Assembly: GCA_030141605.1 (NCBI GenBank)
Contig: JAQGDQ010000249.1
Span: 267,243-331,242 of the forward strand
Reading direction: 5' to 3'
Source of the DNA: Tubiluchus corallicola
Taxonomy: Eukaryota; Animalia; Priapulida
Length of the DNA: 64,000 nt
The notes under the pieces are model-generated. The model was not told the origin of the DNA, made no database searches, and worked only from the letters and a program-made list of their open reading frames with translations. Below, piece after piece: positions 50,801 to 64,000 of this stretch; within the stretch, counting starts at the first letter, position 1; each line of letters starts with the position of its first letter. A program made the position numbers and the translations under genes.

Positions 50801-53800
50801 CATAATGTTTACTGAAATGTTTAATATCTCATTATTATATTTGTATTTTAGTTTAAGTGAAAATGGTCTTAAACTAGGCGACGTGATTACTGTTAACATG
50901 ACTATTCTGGAAGGTGGAGTGCAACCAAACGTTTTGCCAGCCGTCATGTCGGCTGTGTTTGACATCAGGATACCTCCCACTGTCAATCTAAAGGTTAGTC
51001 AAAGTTTTCATGTCAAATTTTTGGCAGTGGTTCGTATTACATACAGCTGTGAACTGATAGAACATATTGGGATAGATATTTATCTTTTAACCAATTGTAA
51101 TAATAGTATATGTAGGGAATAGTGAATTTGAATTAACTGTTTTTGTGTAGGAATTCGAAGAAATGATTGAGAAGTGGTGTAAAGATGCTGGAAGTGGCGT
51201 CACTTACGAGTTTCTACATGTTAGTATGCTTTCCTTTCTTTTAAAATGCTAATTAATATTGCAAAATACTAATTAATATTAATTATGCCCACTAAATTAA
51301 GACTAGTTTTTTCAATTTCCTGTTTTATTTCTTGATTTCTGTTGTTTCCTGAAGAAATGTACAGCATAGAAAGGAAGTGATTATCACTGAGCAGTGTAAG
51401 TTGTTATAATAAAAATCCCCAGAGGTGAGTATCGAACCTGCATGAACCGCATAAAGTGCACGGATTTTGTCACTAAGCTACAGAACTTGCCACAAATTTA
51501 AACTTTATTATTACAATAAGGAGTGACACTTGTGCAGGTAATGCAGGAACATCACTCTCATTATTTTGAGTGACATTTCTCAAAACGGTGTACGTGATTA
51601 TACATGGCTATCAAATAATGGTTTGCATTGCAGAAGACAACATGCCAAGCAACAACATCTACAGATCCTAGTGATCCTTGGTGGCGAGCATTTAAAAAAG
51701 CTTGTGACAAAATGTAAGTGTAGTACTATAAAATATTACATTTTGACAGTTAAGAAATTTAAAATACCCACTGTTTGAACGAAGCGTTTTGTAATTGAGA
51801 TGATTTTGCATTTTTTACATTTGTGTAGGTTTTCTGGCATTGTTTTTATTATTTTGTCACTTTTTCTGTGCATATATGATTTTCCATTTTTTGCCATATT
51901 CAGTTTGCTTTTAATCAATTAAAGTGCCATGGTCTTAGATATGTTATGAATTAATTTCTTAGTAATTTTGATGATCATCACGTAAAATGCATTCTCTGAC
52001 TTTGTGTATAATACGTATTCACATACATATCAGTATACCGAGAAGCCATCACTAAAGTTATGCATCTACTGCTGCATATAGAATGCAAAAAGAGTGATTA
52101 TTAGGTCGAGGAGATAAACTATGACGAGTTCCTCGTAATGAGGATATGTATTGGATTTTATTTTAATTACAGGGAAGTCGTTTTAGAAAAAGAAATTTTT
52201 CCTGCTGCAACGGACAGTCGATGTCTCAGGCAGGTACGTAAAACTTTAATTATCTATTTATTTATTTATTTATTTACCACTTTATTTCACCTTATATACA
52301 AATGTATACACACAAACAATAAAATCCAAACTATGGCACACACAATGCTAAAAATCTGTACCTAAAAATCATATAAAATTAGATATTAGACTAAAAAAAA
52401 ATTATATGCACAGTTATGTAATTGAACCTGATAAAGATACCTGCGACCAGTGTAACACGAAGTTTGACCTGTATCGTACATCAGACACATTCATAAAACT
52501 ACTAATAATGAAATTGTGAGTTTTATCATCGATTCTAGACCAGATACTATAAGCAGCTTTTCTTATATATATATATATATATTGCAAACATATACAATGC
52601 TCTTGTGCCGTAATCATAATTAAAAAATTTCTGACAGCAGTATTATACGCACACCTAAGTTTACGAATATTGTGCGGATTAAACTTCACCCATAAACTAG
52701 AACAGTAGAACTGAGTACAGTATAATTGGAACAATATCTCTTTGTCATGTGCAGAACGGTTATGAATGTCCTAATAATACAATTTGCTCTTATGCTAAAT
52801 AATCTTAGCTGATTGACGATATCAGTATCATCATTTAGGTTATCACTCAAGTAATGGAAGAAGCTTTTAATTTTGCCATGAAGCCAGTAAAACATGGTTG
52901 TCTTTTTCCTGTCATTGATGTGAGAGATAAATAAGTGCCTTTAGTATAAGCACACCCAAGGACAGAGGTCGTTTCAGTCCCCCCTTTGCTTATTGTTAGA
53001 GATAAAGTTTCTTTATGCGGTCATGGTTGAAGAAATTAACACTACTTTGAGTACTGGTAATTTAAAGTCAAACTAAACCCTCACAATAATATAAGCTGTT
53101 ACAACGTAAATTCCTACTCTCATTACAAATATTCAATTTATTTTATTATGAACTTACAGTAAAATTTGTTTCTTGACTTTTTATAATGTCGTTGTTAGTG
53201 GTATTAAATTTGAAGAATTGTCATTTTTCGTTGAGTGACATGAATGACATAATGAGTGCAGCTATCAGGTCACCTTTCTGTATGTGTGGGTAAACACGCG
53301 AAGTTTTGTAAACGACATCGGTAACCAAAGACGCTTTCTGCGCTACTTCATTCTCGCTCGCTTGTATCATCTTTATATCAATGTACGTCTTCAAAACTCA
53401 CCAGAAAAAGGTAATTTAATTTATAAGTTTCTTTTGTGTAAAAATAACTACAAATTCTTTGTGTAATCATAATAATGCATAAAAAAGCTTCAATATCTGT
53501 TGATGTTATATGGGCTTTTAACTTATCAAAGTAACTAACATTCATATATATCAGCTCTATAAGTCAGCTCTATAATGATAATTTATAATGGCACCTTTAT
53601 AACGCTACTTTTTTCTGTCATCTTTTACTCGCCCTTTTAAAACTTTGCGAGAAGGTTGTTGCTTTGTTCATTATCTTCATAGGACATTTACTGTGAAATT
53701 AACTTTGCTCGAACACACAAATACGTACAAATTACAACAGTTATTATTTTTCAGGCCGGATATCCTGCGCTGGGGTTTTCGCCGATGAATAAGACACCTA

Positions 53801-53907
53801 TCCTCCTACACGACCACAATGAATTTTTAAATGAAGACATCTTCTTACGTGGTATCGATATTTACTGCGAAATTATTTCCTCCTTGGCAGATGTACCTGC
53901 CTCTTAG
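41864..53907 (+). CDS. ACY1: Aminoacylase-1 (M20A family), ~403 aa if the 168-bp insertion in the first coding exon is removed; this allele carries a premature stop
   Basis: Exons 41864-41954 plus 42123-42128 (split by the insertion), 44220-44284, 44488-44592, 45401-45495, 46355-46431, 47576-47719, 48666-48739, 49256-49305, 50852-50993, 51151-51219, 51634-51713, 52173-52233, 53755-53907. Motifs [67 protein letters not shown] are intact. Confidence 0.93.
41955..42129. repeat. Right arm of the 175-bp inverted repeat (168-bp insertion plus 7-bp junction homology)
   Basis: Interrupts ACY1 codon G|AC between 41954 and 42123. In-frame TGA at 41960-41962. Confidence 0.95.
42171..44010 (-). mobile_element. 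Internally deleted, decayed Academ-like DNA transposon in an ACY1 intron
   Basis: TAGTC...GACTA ends with TTT on both flanks; long imperfect TIRs (tgacccggacaaaaa..gtatggctgaatt..tgcacagac..cagaaagtcgtc). Transposase remnants [20 protein letters not shown] and [14 protein letters not shown]...[17 protein letters not shown], plus a Cys-rich remnant near 42660-42750. Confidence 0.75.
48872..48989. repeat. 16-bp minisatellite (tggttacattaaacaa), ~7 copies
   Basis: Directly visible tandem array. Confidence 0.9.
51411..51486 (-). mobile_element. tRNA-derived SINE-like head / tRNA relic
   Basis: - strand gttctgTAGCTTAGTGacaaa...GGTTCGATACtcacctctggggattttt: A-box and B-box-like motifs followed by a T run. 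No clean cloverleaf. Confidence 0.55.
52250..52860 (-). mobile_element. 3' fragment of an RTE-X-like LINE
   Basis: Frameshifted [23 protein letters not shown] / [14 protein letters not shown]...IRKLRCAYN, with a (TAAA)n tail at the low end. Confidence 0.6.
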
Positions 53908-56900
53908 ACAGTGGAATGCGGGAGTTGTGGCAACGTGGAGATGGAGCAGAACGTCAGATATTGCAAAAGGTTTCAGAGCCCAAGAAACTATTTTTGTATG
54001 TTTTCTATATCTAGTGGAAGCTGTAGTCGTAAGGTACAGTCAAGTGGCTTGTTTTAGGTAGAAATTAGTTGTTATAGTAAATTGTGATGAAAAAGTGGCC
54101 TTTTTCACATGTTACGAAAGATCTGTCTTGGTTTGAAATAAGTTTACAAGATTTTTAAGAAGTTGAAAGACTTCTGTTTGTTTTAGATGTGTTTCGTGTG
54201 TTGATATGAACTTTTTTCATGCATTGTCTTCTGATGCCCACTAGGCATCTGTGTTTGCTACAGTATTATGTTTCTTTGCTACTAGTTAGTGTTGTAGCAA
54301 ATACAGGAGGAACTAAATGTATAAAGATTGCAGTTATTCTAGTATGTTCAGGATATCATGAATTATTTTAGTGATTTTGGCTCTTAAATTTTTGTGCATT
54401 ATAATTTATATCTTTGCAGCTTCATATGTTGAGAGCTTGAAAATAAAAAAAAATATTCGAGATTGAAATGTTTCCCATTCGTCATTATTGAGTGACAGAA
54501 TCGACTCAGATGACTGTTTTGTTGCTTCTTGATTTTTTTAATCATTGGTGTGATTTAAGTAATGTTTATAAAATAAATAGAATTTATGAAACATTATAAT
54601 TAATTATAATATGAAATTACAGTTATTATTTTATTTATTACGTATAATATATATGAAAACATTAAACAGTCTTTATCAGAGGCACTTAAGTCTACCATTG
54701 GAAATAAAAAAACTAACAATGTCAGCACTTCAAAAATTAAATTTTACCCCGTCTGTCTGTCTGTCACCTGTCAGTTTGCTTTCTGAAATCAAAATTTTAA
54801 TTACGATTTAATTATGTCTTCGTCAGACAGCAAAAGTCTAGACTCATAAAATTTGTCAGTAAGTGTTAAAGGCAGCTAGCTTTTGTAAAGAACTTGTACT
54901 TTTGAAATTCTACATATTTTTTGCTCTGGACAAAATACTCTGATTATTTTGTTATTGAAACTGAAACATTTATTCTTTTTGTGTAATATTGTTATATCTG
55001 CAAATAGTATTATCAACAAAGATTTAAAATAAACAAATAGTAAGGAAGTAAGTAAGTAAGTTTATTAGTTTATCACCATTTTTAAAATAGCAAAATACAT
55101 AACTAAGAGATTTATAAATCTGTACAACATACAATAATATTACAAAGTGCAAAAGTAATTATTGATTAGTGGTGAAAGGGTGGCGAAAGAACATCGAGGT
55201 CAGCCACTCAGAATTGTTACTAATATAATTAATTAATTAATGCACATGTACGAGGTAATTAAAAATTATCAGATTTTGCATTTAAGACGAATGAAAATTG
55301 AATTATTATACGAATTCAGCATTGGGAAAGAAGACACACGTGACTGTCTTTAAATAATAATTTAACCATTACGTATTTAAAATTAATATTATGAGGACTT
55401 AGAGCCAAAGGAAGAAAAAAATACATAAATTAATGAACGAGTGAATAAATAAATAAATAAACAAGCGAACAAACAAAAACTAATATCTATTTACCTGTCT
55501 ATCTACCTATTTGTGTAGCTGTCTGTCTGTCCGTCTGTCTATTTATATGTGTATCCATCCATCTACATTACGATTAATAACTAAGGAATCCAATTTTCCA
55601 ATGGAAAATTCAATGTTAAACGGTGTTACTGGCTCCAGTAGCAAATACTGTATTTTCACAATTTCATGTAACGTGTAAATTTTATGGACGGCCGTCGTGA
55701 TTATGTTTGATGACTTCAATTAGCTTATTGTCGTTTTTGTCTTTGGCAATAACGAAAGTTTGAATAGTTAATATTGTCCTCATTTTGACTTTTAACTTGC
55801 AATAAACCCTTAAGACGTTTTCGCACCATGCATGGTAATAAACAAACGTTTTTGCAAATTTCAGAGGTTGTAAAGTTCAGTCTTGTGCTAAGGGTAAAGT
55901 CAGATGCTCCATAGAACATTCACTGAACGTTTGTCCTGTGAATACATTCTGTATTATCTTGACCTCTTTAATTGGCTCGATGTATGTTTACAATACAACA
56001 AGCATATGCACGCAAATGAGTTAATGCTTTTTACAATCTTTTGTTCTAAATTTTTCCACCGTTTGTAATTTCAAATCTGTCCACAATTTGCAGCGGTTGG
56101 TAAACCAATGCAAAGCATCTTGTGTGTACATAATACAGGATTATAAACGGAAGAATATTTGCAAAGGCACTGGACCAATTCAATGAAATGTTCTCGTATT
56201 CATATCTTCCACTACGATTTTTCAAGCTGGGAAGTTTGATGAGCTTATGCAAGTCAGTTGAACAGTCAATGACGATTGTTTGCTCTTAATTTTTATTAAG
56301 TTCCATTGTCAACGGTGTATAAGAGACCAGTTTAGAGGCCTCCTGTTTACAAGTTTCATAGGTAAGTTGATATAAAAAACCGCAAATGTAATCATACTGT
56401 GTAGGCGGCAGTCTCGCGGGCTTGTTCTTGGCCTACTGTCTTACAAGACAATGAAATTTGAATTAGCGACAGAATGAGGAAGTTAAAGTCTTATGATTAT
56501 ACAATTTTGATTTCTGTGCACCTGTGAACCAAAGTGCTGTTTCAGTGGGCATTTTTTTGTAAAACTTTTTTAGCCTGGGAAGCATGCGAAAGTAGCTACA
56601 GTAAGTCGGTTGCAGCTTCTCAAAAGTCGGGGTTTGTTTCGAAATAGGAATTTTATACATCAAATATAAAGCATAAAGTTTGAAGCATGTTATTTATCAT
56701 AAATTTGCTTTAGTGTATAAAGTTACAGAAGCTCATCAGCCGTTCAAGTGTAATCAAAACCATTCTGACGACTTTTTTAATATGGTATTATAATTTACAT
56801 CACGGACCACTAGTCTTATAGTTTTTTATATTCCTCTTCTATCTTCTTCCATTCTCTTCTTTCGATTATGCATTTTTTGTAATGGTTGGACATCATCTAA

Positions 56901-57114
56901 CTGTGATTGAAACAGGTAAGAAATCAACGCTTCATAGGCCTATATTGTTATAAAAAATAATAATAAGAAAAAAAGCAATATCAATAAATTTTTCAGAGGT
57001 GGTTCTTTCGGTATTCTTGAATAGAGTCATTTACATATCACAACATGGGAAGCGATTAGTAATACTGTTTTGCTGCAAAATTCGTTCAACCACATGCGAT
57101 TCATAGCTGATACA

Positions 57115-57364
57115 CAGTGCAGGTTTAGACCGAGTGAAGCCCTATAAACTTTACAAAGACCCGAAGCTATCTTTTTAAAATTTCACCAGCTGGGTCTCAG
57201 AAAACATGTGTCTTTTAGTTATTTAATAGCAAAGTGAACAATACAAATTATTATGACTAAAATAGTACTTAATTATAAAAATGAGTACAAAACGCAATTT
57301 GGAATCTTCTCGAGGCCCCTTGCAGATTGTGAGGCCCTGAGCTGTAGTAGCTTATCCGGCACTG
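57115..57364. mobile_element. 250-bp hAT-type MITE
   Basis: CAGTGC...GCACTG termini, perfect 8-bp TSD CTGATACA (57107-14, 57365-72), subterminal gaggcc repeats. Confidence 0.85.
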
Positions 57365-58840
57365 CTGATACAAAACATGTGTGCGATATCAAATATAATA
57401 TGCATAATACCACTTACGTACACGTACACAGTATGACGTTCATTAATTTCTTAACACATTGGTTAATGCAAAAAAGAAGTTTATTTGAAAAGCTTTTTCC
57501 ACATCTTCAATAATTAGTTTATTTGTAATTTTTGTTACTATATAGACCAAAATGCTGAAATTTAACACAATTTGTAAAAATGTGTTTAAAAAGGCATGTA
57601 GGAATTAGGAAATAATGAGTGTAATGACATAACTTAGCATAATCTGAATAACGGAACTTAACGCAACATGATGTAATATAAGGCAACGTAATGTAATGTA
57701 ACTTAGCGCACTACCAGCCTGAAGTAAACTTAATTGTTTTAAGAACAGCGAACAAATGGTCATTTAATGTAGCATGCAATGTGATATCGTGTTGCAAACT
57801 ATAATATTTACATGTGCCACCTGTTATCTGCTTGTTGTTGTACTCTAAGTGGGATTTCCCCAAAGCAAACCAATTTCATAACTGAAATTATGTTGCGTAC
57901 GTAACGTACGAGAATATTATGATTTTGCTGTCAATAAAATCAAGGTGACCACTGTGGTTGTCTGTTGATAAAGTTTGAGGAGGTCAGTCTGAAATCGACG
58001 GTAAATACATGTTGTCTTTGGTTTTGTCTTTTGTTTTTGATGAGGTTCAAATTATTGACTTTACAGATATCATTACATTACATTACATATGAGTTTACAC
58101 AATATAAAGTAAAACTAGAACGAGGACTGGAGATTTCCCTACGACGCATTTAGTTAATTTTTTAGGTTTTTTATTTTAGGACCTATATTCTCCATCTCAG
58201 GAGCTCTAGACCAAGCGCAAAGTGACTGTTTTAGGTTGCCGGAGAGTGTTGATGCCTTGACAGATAATCCTTGAACATAGTATTGGCCGTTCCCTGAGTA
58301 AAATCTGAATTGTAAACAAATTAAAACGAATTTTAAAATTCCTAAAATGTCAGTAAAAGGTTGGATGTTGAACAGATTAATGTGATGGGGAGGGGGCATC
58401 GGCAACCGGGGGTATACTAGACGCACACGGTAAAAAAAATCCGTTTTCAACTAACTGTCTGACGCAAACCGTCTTAGAGACAAAATTCCTCGCACGTGAT
58501 AACTTCTGTATAAAGCAAACAGTGTCATAGGTAACCTCAGTGAACAATTATTACCTGATTAAGCGATTGATTTTATTGGTCTGAACTGGTTTGATCTTTC
58601 TGACACAAACTTTTGTATGGAGCCCTCACACGGTAGCAGGATGAGTTTGTTGTCATAGACAGAAAATTAGGCACTGGTAATAAAAAGTCAGCGTTTATCA
58701 AGCTCGCTAACGAGTAAAAATCTGTGCCACACAAGTTATTGCAGTCAGATTTTGAAAAGTGTGCACCTTGTATAGTTATAAATGAAGAAAACGAATGCAT
58801 GAATGACGTTCATGTAGGCTTAGGTGATGCATTAGGTGAC

Positions 58841-58930
58841 CGGTAAAAAAGTCACAGGAAAAAATCATAGAAAAAAGTCAAAATTTTGGCATGGTTAGGG
58901 TTAACTCTTTTTTCCTGTGACTTCATTACT
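58841..58930. mobile_element. Tiny foldback MITE-like element
   Basis: aagtcacaggaaaaaa is matched by ttttttcctgtgactt, flanking a ggttagggtta core. Confidence 0.55.
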
Positions 58931-58991
58931 GATCAGCGCATGCACTAAGTAGACCTACATGAACCTCATATAATCGTTTTCTTCAGAATTT

Positions 58992-59660
58992 AAGTAAGTA
59001 AGTAGGTAGGTAGGTAGGTAGGTAGGTAGGTAGGTAGGTAGGTAGGTAGGTAGGTAGGTAGGTAAGTAAGTAAGCAAGCAAGCAAGCAAGTAAGTAAGTA
59101 AGCAATTTATTGTTATTATAGCTTAATATAGACAATGAAATTTATGTGGTTTTACATACTGCAATAACTTATGGAAATAATAAGGAGATTAACACAAATA
59201 ATTCAATCAGTTGTACAGAGACATAGAGAATTAACATTAGAGATTTACTGAAATTTACTGTTATGGTGCGAATTGCAACGGGACAGAAAGAATTTAAAGT
59301 TCTTGTGGTTTTAGCGTTAATTGGGCGGCATCTACGACCAGAGGGGAGCATTTCAAAGTATCTGTTATCTGGATGAAATTCATCTGTTTGATAACTTGCG
59401 CTTTTTGCGACCCTAGTTTCATATAAATGTGCCACAGATTGCTGCTGAATTTATACAATTTTTAGGAGGATTTAACAGTTTGATCAAGAGCATTGTGATC
59501 TCCCTGCGTGGTAGCGTCATACCAAACAGTAAAGGATGGGATTTATAGTATAACTGTAACCTTTTCACCTGTGATTCTTTCACCGGGATTATGCATTCAT
59601 TCCAAACAGTCACTGAGTGACGACAAACACGGAAAAGGCTGCATGGCCTGCATTGTAAAA
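58992..59660 (-). mobile_element. 3' fragment of a Rex/Babar- or CR1-group LINE with microsatellite tail
   Basis: DEFHPDNRYFEMLPSGRRCRPINAKTTRTLNSFCPVAIR (59169-59435), minus-strand AATAAA, then a (TAAG)/(TAGG)/(CAAG)n tract at 58992-59104. Confidence 0.7.
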
Positions 59661-60286
59661 ACACTTATGCGGGACAACCAAGGACTAATTATTATCATTA
59701 AACTCTGCCTACATTTCAACCTCAAAATTCTGATTAATCTAAGATTTTCATAACTGGACGCTTACCTGTTTGTTTTTCGTTGGTCTTTGCATGAGACGAG
59801 CTACTTTAAAAGAGGATACAGCACTTACAAGGTAACGTCAAACGGGATAAATGTTTGTTTTATGCGCCACAATAAACAACGAGGTTTAAAGTCTACAATC
59901 TTAACATGCTTACCTTAGTAGCTGCACAACAACGTCAATTGTGTGATTCTTATATTTTTCAGAAACTGCTATATTAAAGTTCACGAGGAAGTGCGCTTAA
60001 ACGGGATTTGATTCATTTTTTATCCCTGTCCCGCGGTGGCAGTCTTTGGAATTGATCGGGAAAATGCCGACAAACTACGGAGGTGAGTAGGTTTCATTAT
60101 TACAAGACTTTTAACAGTAGACTGTTTGGCTAAGATTCGGAGCCTAGATGTACAATATACACACAGATTGGTAACAACGGAAAATACAACAATACTTAAT
60201 ACGGGTCATTCTTCCACACTTATGATTATTGTTGTTATAGTTATCGTTGCCGTTGTGGCTGTGGCTGCTGCTGTTTTTGTTGGTTG

Positions 60287-60289
60287 GTT

Positions 60290-60336
<47 letters not shown>
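60287..60336. repeat. (TTG)n microsatellite
   Basis: Directly visible. Confidence 0.95.
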
Positions 60337-61003
60337 ATACTTTTGCTTTGTATTTTTATGTGCCGATATGCTAAAGGTATATTGAAATTTTAATAACGTG
60401 TTTTAGTACCGTTTGCAGTCGACAGATATGTAAAGTGGCCAAATTTCTATTGGCTTGAGCGAAACAGTTTAAATCTTTCATATGTTTCATAAATTTAGTT
60501 TTGTAAAATTTAATATTTAACTGCTGGGTTAGACTTATAACGTAAGGCAGTGTCGTTTACTCCACGGTTACTAGATTTTTTTATATTCGTGAGCGTCATT
60601 CGCGTTTCGTTTTACCCGTTTTACCTGACTTTGCACTGAACGAAATCCCGCCTACTTTCAAATTTTGAAGTAAACTTAGCACGATTACGAAAGACCGCAT
60701 GGCAACTTTAACAAGTCCTAATTTCTCCAACCAGAGTTGACAATATTCAGCTTGAGAAATATGACGAACGCGACATTTGCATACAATACCCTTTTTACAA
60801 ACAGTCAAAGATGTTGGGAAACACTTTGGACATTACCAAGAAGCTAGAACTTGCAAAGTGACATGCGTACGTAATGCATTTTAACTAATTGTGAAAATGT
60901 GGAGAACCGAATTGCACAACCTTCGTTTTTGGTGTTACTGAATAAACTAGGCTAAAAAGCATTAAATGTTCTGTTTTAATGCACTTTTAAATTTAAAATT
61001 ATT

Positions 61004-61534
<531 letters not shown>

Positions 61535-62246
61535 CATAAACAACATTTACTAATGTAAGCAAGTTCCACTCGAACTAGTGGTGAGATTCTGGACACAACT
61601 CTGGCTCTGCCAATAGGTGCGAAATTTGTTCTAATATAATTCGTTCGCAGGTTTAGGTTTACGTTTAGGTTTCTATGTTTTTTAATGCATGATGGCGAAT
61701 CGAAAATCCGACTCTGACAGTCAAAGCAGAATCTATTCTAATATGTTCCTATGAAGTTTCGCGACTATCCTTTGCAAGTTGGTGGAGCAGTAAGGTTTTT
61801 TGGAAAATGCTGTTATCGCTCTCATGTCGAATTCAAGATGGAACATCAAAAATATTTACTAATACAAACAAATTCGACTCGAAGGTCTCGAGACTCACTA
61901 AACTCAAGGTTGTGGATCTAATATCGACTCCGTCAGTCGATATGAATTCCATTTTAGTATGTTACATAAAATTTAGAATGGTGGATTGAAAATCAGACTC
62001 TGTTAGTCCATTCAGTATTTATTCTAATATATTTCTGTAAAGTTTCACGACGATCCATTGAAAACGATTTTATTACCGCCATCTTCAATTCAAAATGGCT
62101 GATTAGAAGCCCGGCTCAATCAGTCGATGCAGACTTGCCCAGCTCCATCAGTCGATGCAGAATTTGTTCTTGTGTAGGCGTGTGAAGTTTCGCAACGATG
62201 CATTGGTGAATCACGAACTCTTTTTCAAGAGCCCATCACCCATTAA

Positions 62247-62363
62247 CAGCAGCAACAGCAACAACAACAACAACAACTACTACTACTACTACTGCTACTT
62301 CTACCATCACCACTACTACTGCTGCTGCTTCTACTAAAAGTATTACTAAAACAACAACAACAA
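62247..62363. repeat. Compound trinucleotide microsatellite (CAA/CTA/CAC/CTG)
   Basis: Directly visible. Confidence 0.9.
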
Positions 62364-62575
62364 CGTCCGGATGAGTAGCGATTTGGTCGAACCTCGGTTG
62401 TAAAAGCGTATTCCTCCGAATGAGATTCGTGGCAATAGAACAATACAGTAGCACTTGCATTGCTACACACAGTGAAAATAAAAACAAAATAACGAAAAAA
62501 GAAATATAATAATAACTCATGCATCATTTTACTAAAACAGGTATCACTAATACATTTAAAACAATAGACACTTAC

Positions 62576-63431
62576 GAATGGCACCGATACAGCAGAGCTT
62601 GACGATAATTTCTGAAGCTCCGCAACTACCAAATAAGGGATTCATTGCATATTCTGCAAAAGCTAAGCAGATAATGCCCAATGATGACGTCTTCAATATC
62701 AGAACGCTAGTCCAAGCAAATAAGTATGCTGGTAGTGGCCCCAGAAACCTGTGTTTTGTGGAACGCCCAAATGCTTCTATCTGATATGCATACTCAGCGC
62801 CTGACATATGTATTAGTGTCCCCAGCTCGCAGTAACATAAAGATCCTACAAAATTATAATGGATAGATAGACACAATTAATTTTCTTCTCATCTGTAAAA
62901 CATTCAACTACAAATAACGCAACTGCAGCAAATAAGGCGCAAATAGGAACTCAACTTTGAGCCATAAGAGACCAAAACTTCACAAAGTTAAAATAATAAA
63001 CGATAAAAGAAAAAGATGGCGAGTGTAGCTGTACTGAAACCAGGAAGTAAATTGAACGTCATCAACAAAATTTGTAAACACTCAAATGATAAAACTAATA
63101 AATTAATTGATGTTTCACCTTCAACTCATCTATACAATAGCTTTCTCCTTTTTTCCAACCAACATCTCAAAGCAGACTTTGGCAGTAATTTTACATATCT
63201 TAGGATATCCCATTAAATAAACAAACTTATCTAAGTCATTCCAGAATAATACATTCTTTAAATGTTGTCCAGAAATTTAATGTCAATTAGGCATTAATAA
63301 GACACATTCCAAGTTTCAAGCACCCTTACCCAGCATAGCAAGTACTCCACAACCCGCCCAGACGAACAAACTTACTCCAACGCTCCCACTTCTGGATAAC
63401 ACTGACTTTGGAGAAACAAATATTCCAGATC
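62576..63431 (-). CDS. Two internal exons of an SLC7 (LAT/b0,+AT-type) amino-acid transporter; partial
   Basis: Exon 63431-63330 [34 protein letters not shown] and exon 62845-62576 [27 protein letters not shown]...[10 protein letters not shown]...FAEY..PLF..C. Canonical GT-AG, phase 1. The upstream exon is beyond the window; downstream exons were not found. Confidence 0.9.
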
Positions 63432-63695
63432 CTGAAAAGGGAAAGAACATATATTACAAGCCAGGAGTAAATTTGATCAAAATTTCCAACCAAAATGCGG
63501 TGCAAAGGGAAGAAATGGAGATCACATAAACCATCCTTAATTCCATCCCATCCATCCTTCCTCTGTCCTTCCCTTCGTGCTAGGCCATTAAAGCTATTGC
63601 GTTCTTTTTAGCTGCCGTGGCCACTACAAGCATTGGCAATCCTAATTAACTACTGACATGAAATTAAGTTCAATTTGCACTCCAAAAATTCTCCC

Positions 63696-63915
63696 TGCAA
63701 AAATGCACACTAGGGTTCATGATATTGTGTACTTTTTGCTGCAAAATTCACATTGGTGTTCAGACATGGTGCACTTTTTACTGCAAATATGTACACTAGT
63801 GTCAGATATGGTGCACTTTTTCATTGCAAATATGCACACTAGTGACAGATATAGTGCACTTTTTCAGTGCAAAACGCACACTAGTATCTTGATATGGTGC
63901 ATCTTTTTCAGCAAA
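63696..63915. repeat. ~42-bp minisatellite, ~5 copies
   Basis: Variants of tgcaaatatgcacactagtgtcagatatggtgcactttttca. Confidence 0.85.
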
Positions 63916-64000
63916 CTGAATCTATAAAAGTTTGTGACAATGGTACAGTCAATTCCGATGTCAAAGCAGTGTGAAATTGCATTTTATAAACAAACTAAAT

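Noticed and set aside
51411-51486. Functional tRNA gene
   Set aside because: A/B-box-like motifs are present but the acceptor and D stems do not pair cleanly; treated as a SINE-like relic.
55700-56670. Run of short minus-strand ORFs that might be missing SLC7 exons or a decayed gene
   Set aside because: No SLC7 or other recognisable motifs, and interrupted by stops. A translated search is needed to identify it.
61690-62215. Three degenerate copies of a gaagtttc(g/a)c(g/a)ac-containing unit
   Set aside because: Looks like internal repeats of an old non-autonomous element; ends and TSD cannot be defined.

Overview
AT-rich, intron-rich genomic DNA from a non-vertebrate bilaterian animal. The troponin I is of the protostome type; no species can be assigned from sequence alone. 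Left to right: (1) the 5' half of a decaying Gmr1-like Ty3/gypsy LTR retrotransposon (- strand; gag-protease-integrase order, tRNA-Leu PBS, ~1.13 kb LTR); (2) a complete troponin I gene (+) with a candidate pair of mutually exclusive acidic mini-exons; (3) a 5-exon melatonin-receptor-like class A GPCR (-); (4) an SRSF7/SRSF3-family splicing factor (-) with a candidate poison cassette exon and an intronic Penelope-like element carrying hammerhead motifs; (5) a divergently transcribed aminoacylase-1 gene (+), intact except that its first coding exon is split by a 168-bp insertion copied in inverted orientation from sequence ~0.8 kb upstream, giving a perfect 175-bp inverted repeat and a premature stop; (6) two exons of an SLC7 amino-acid transporter (-) whose remaining exons I could not find. 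Many MITEs, LINE/SINE relics and mini/microsatellites lie between and inside the genes. No CRISPR, rRNA or intact tRNA genes were seen. All gene models were read by eye from GT-AG sites and protein motifs, without alignment or transcript data.
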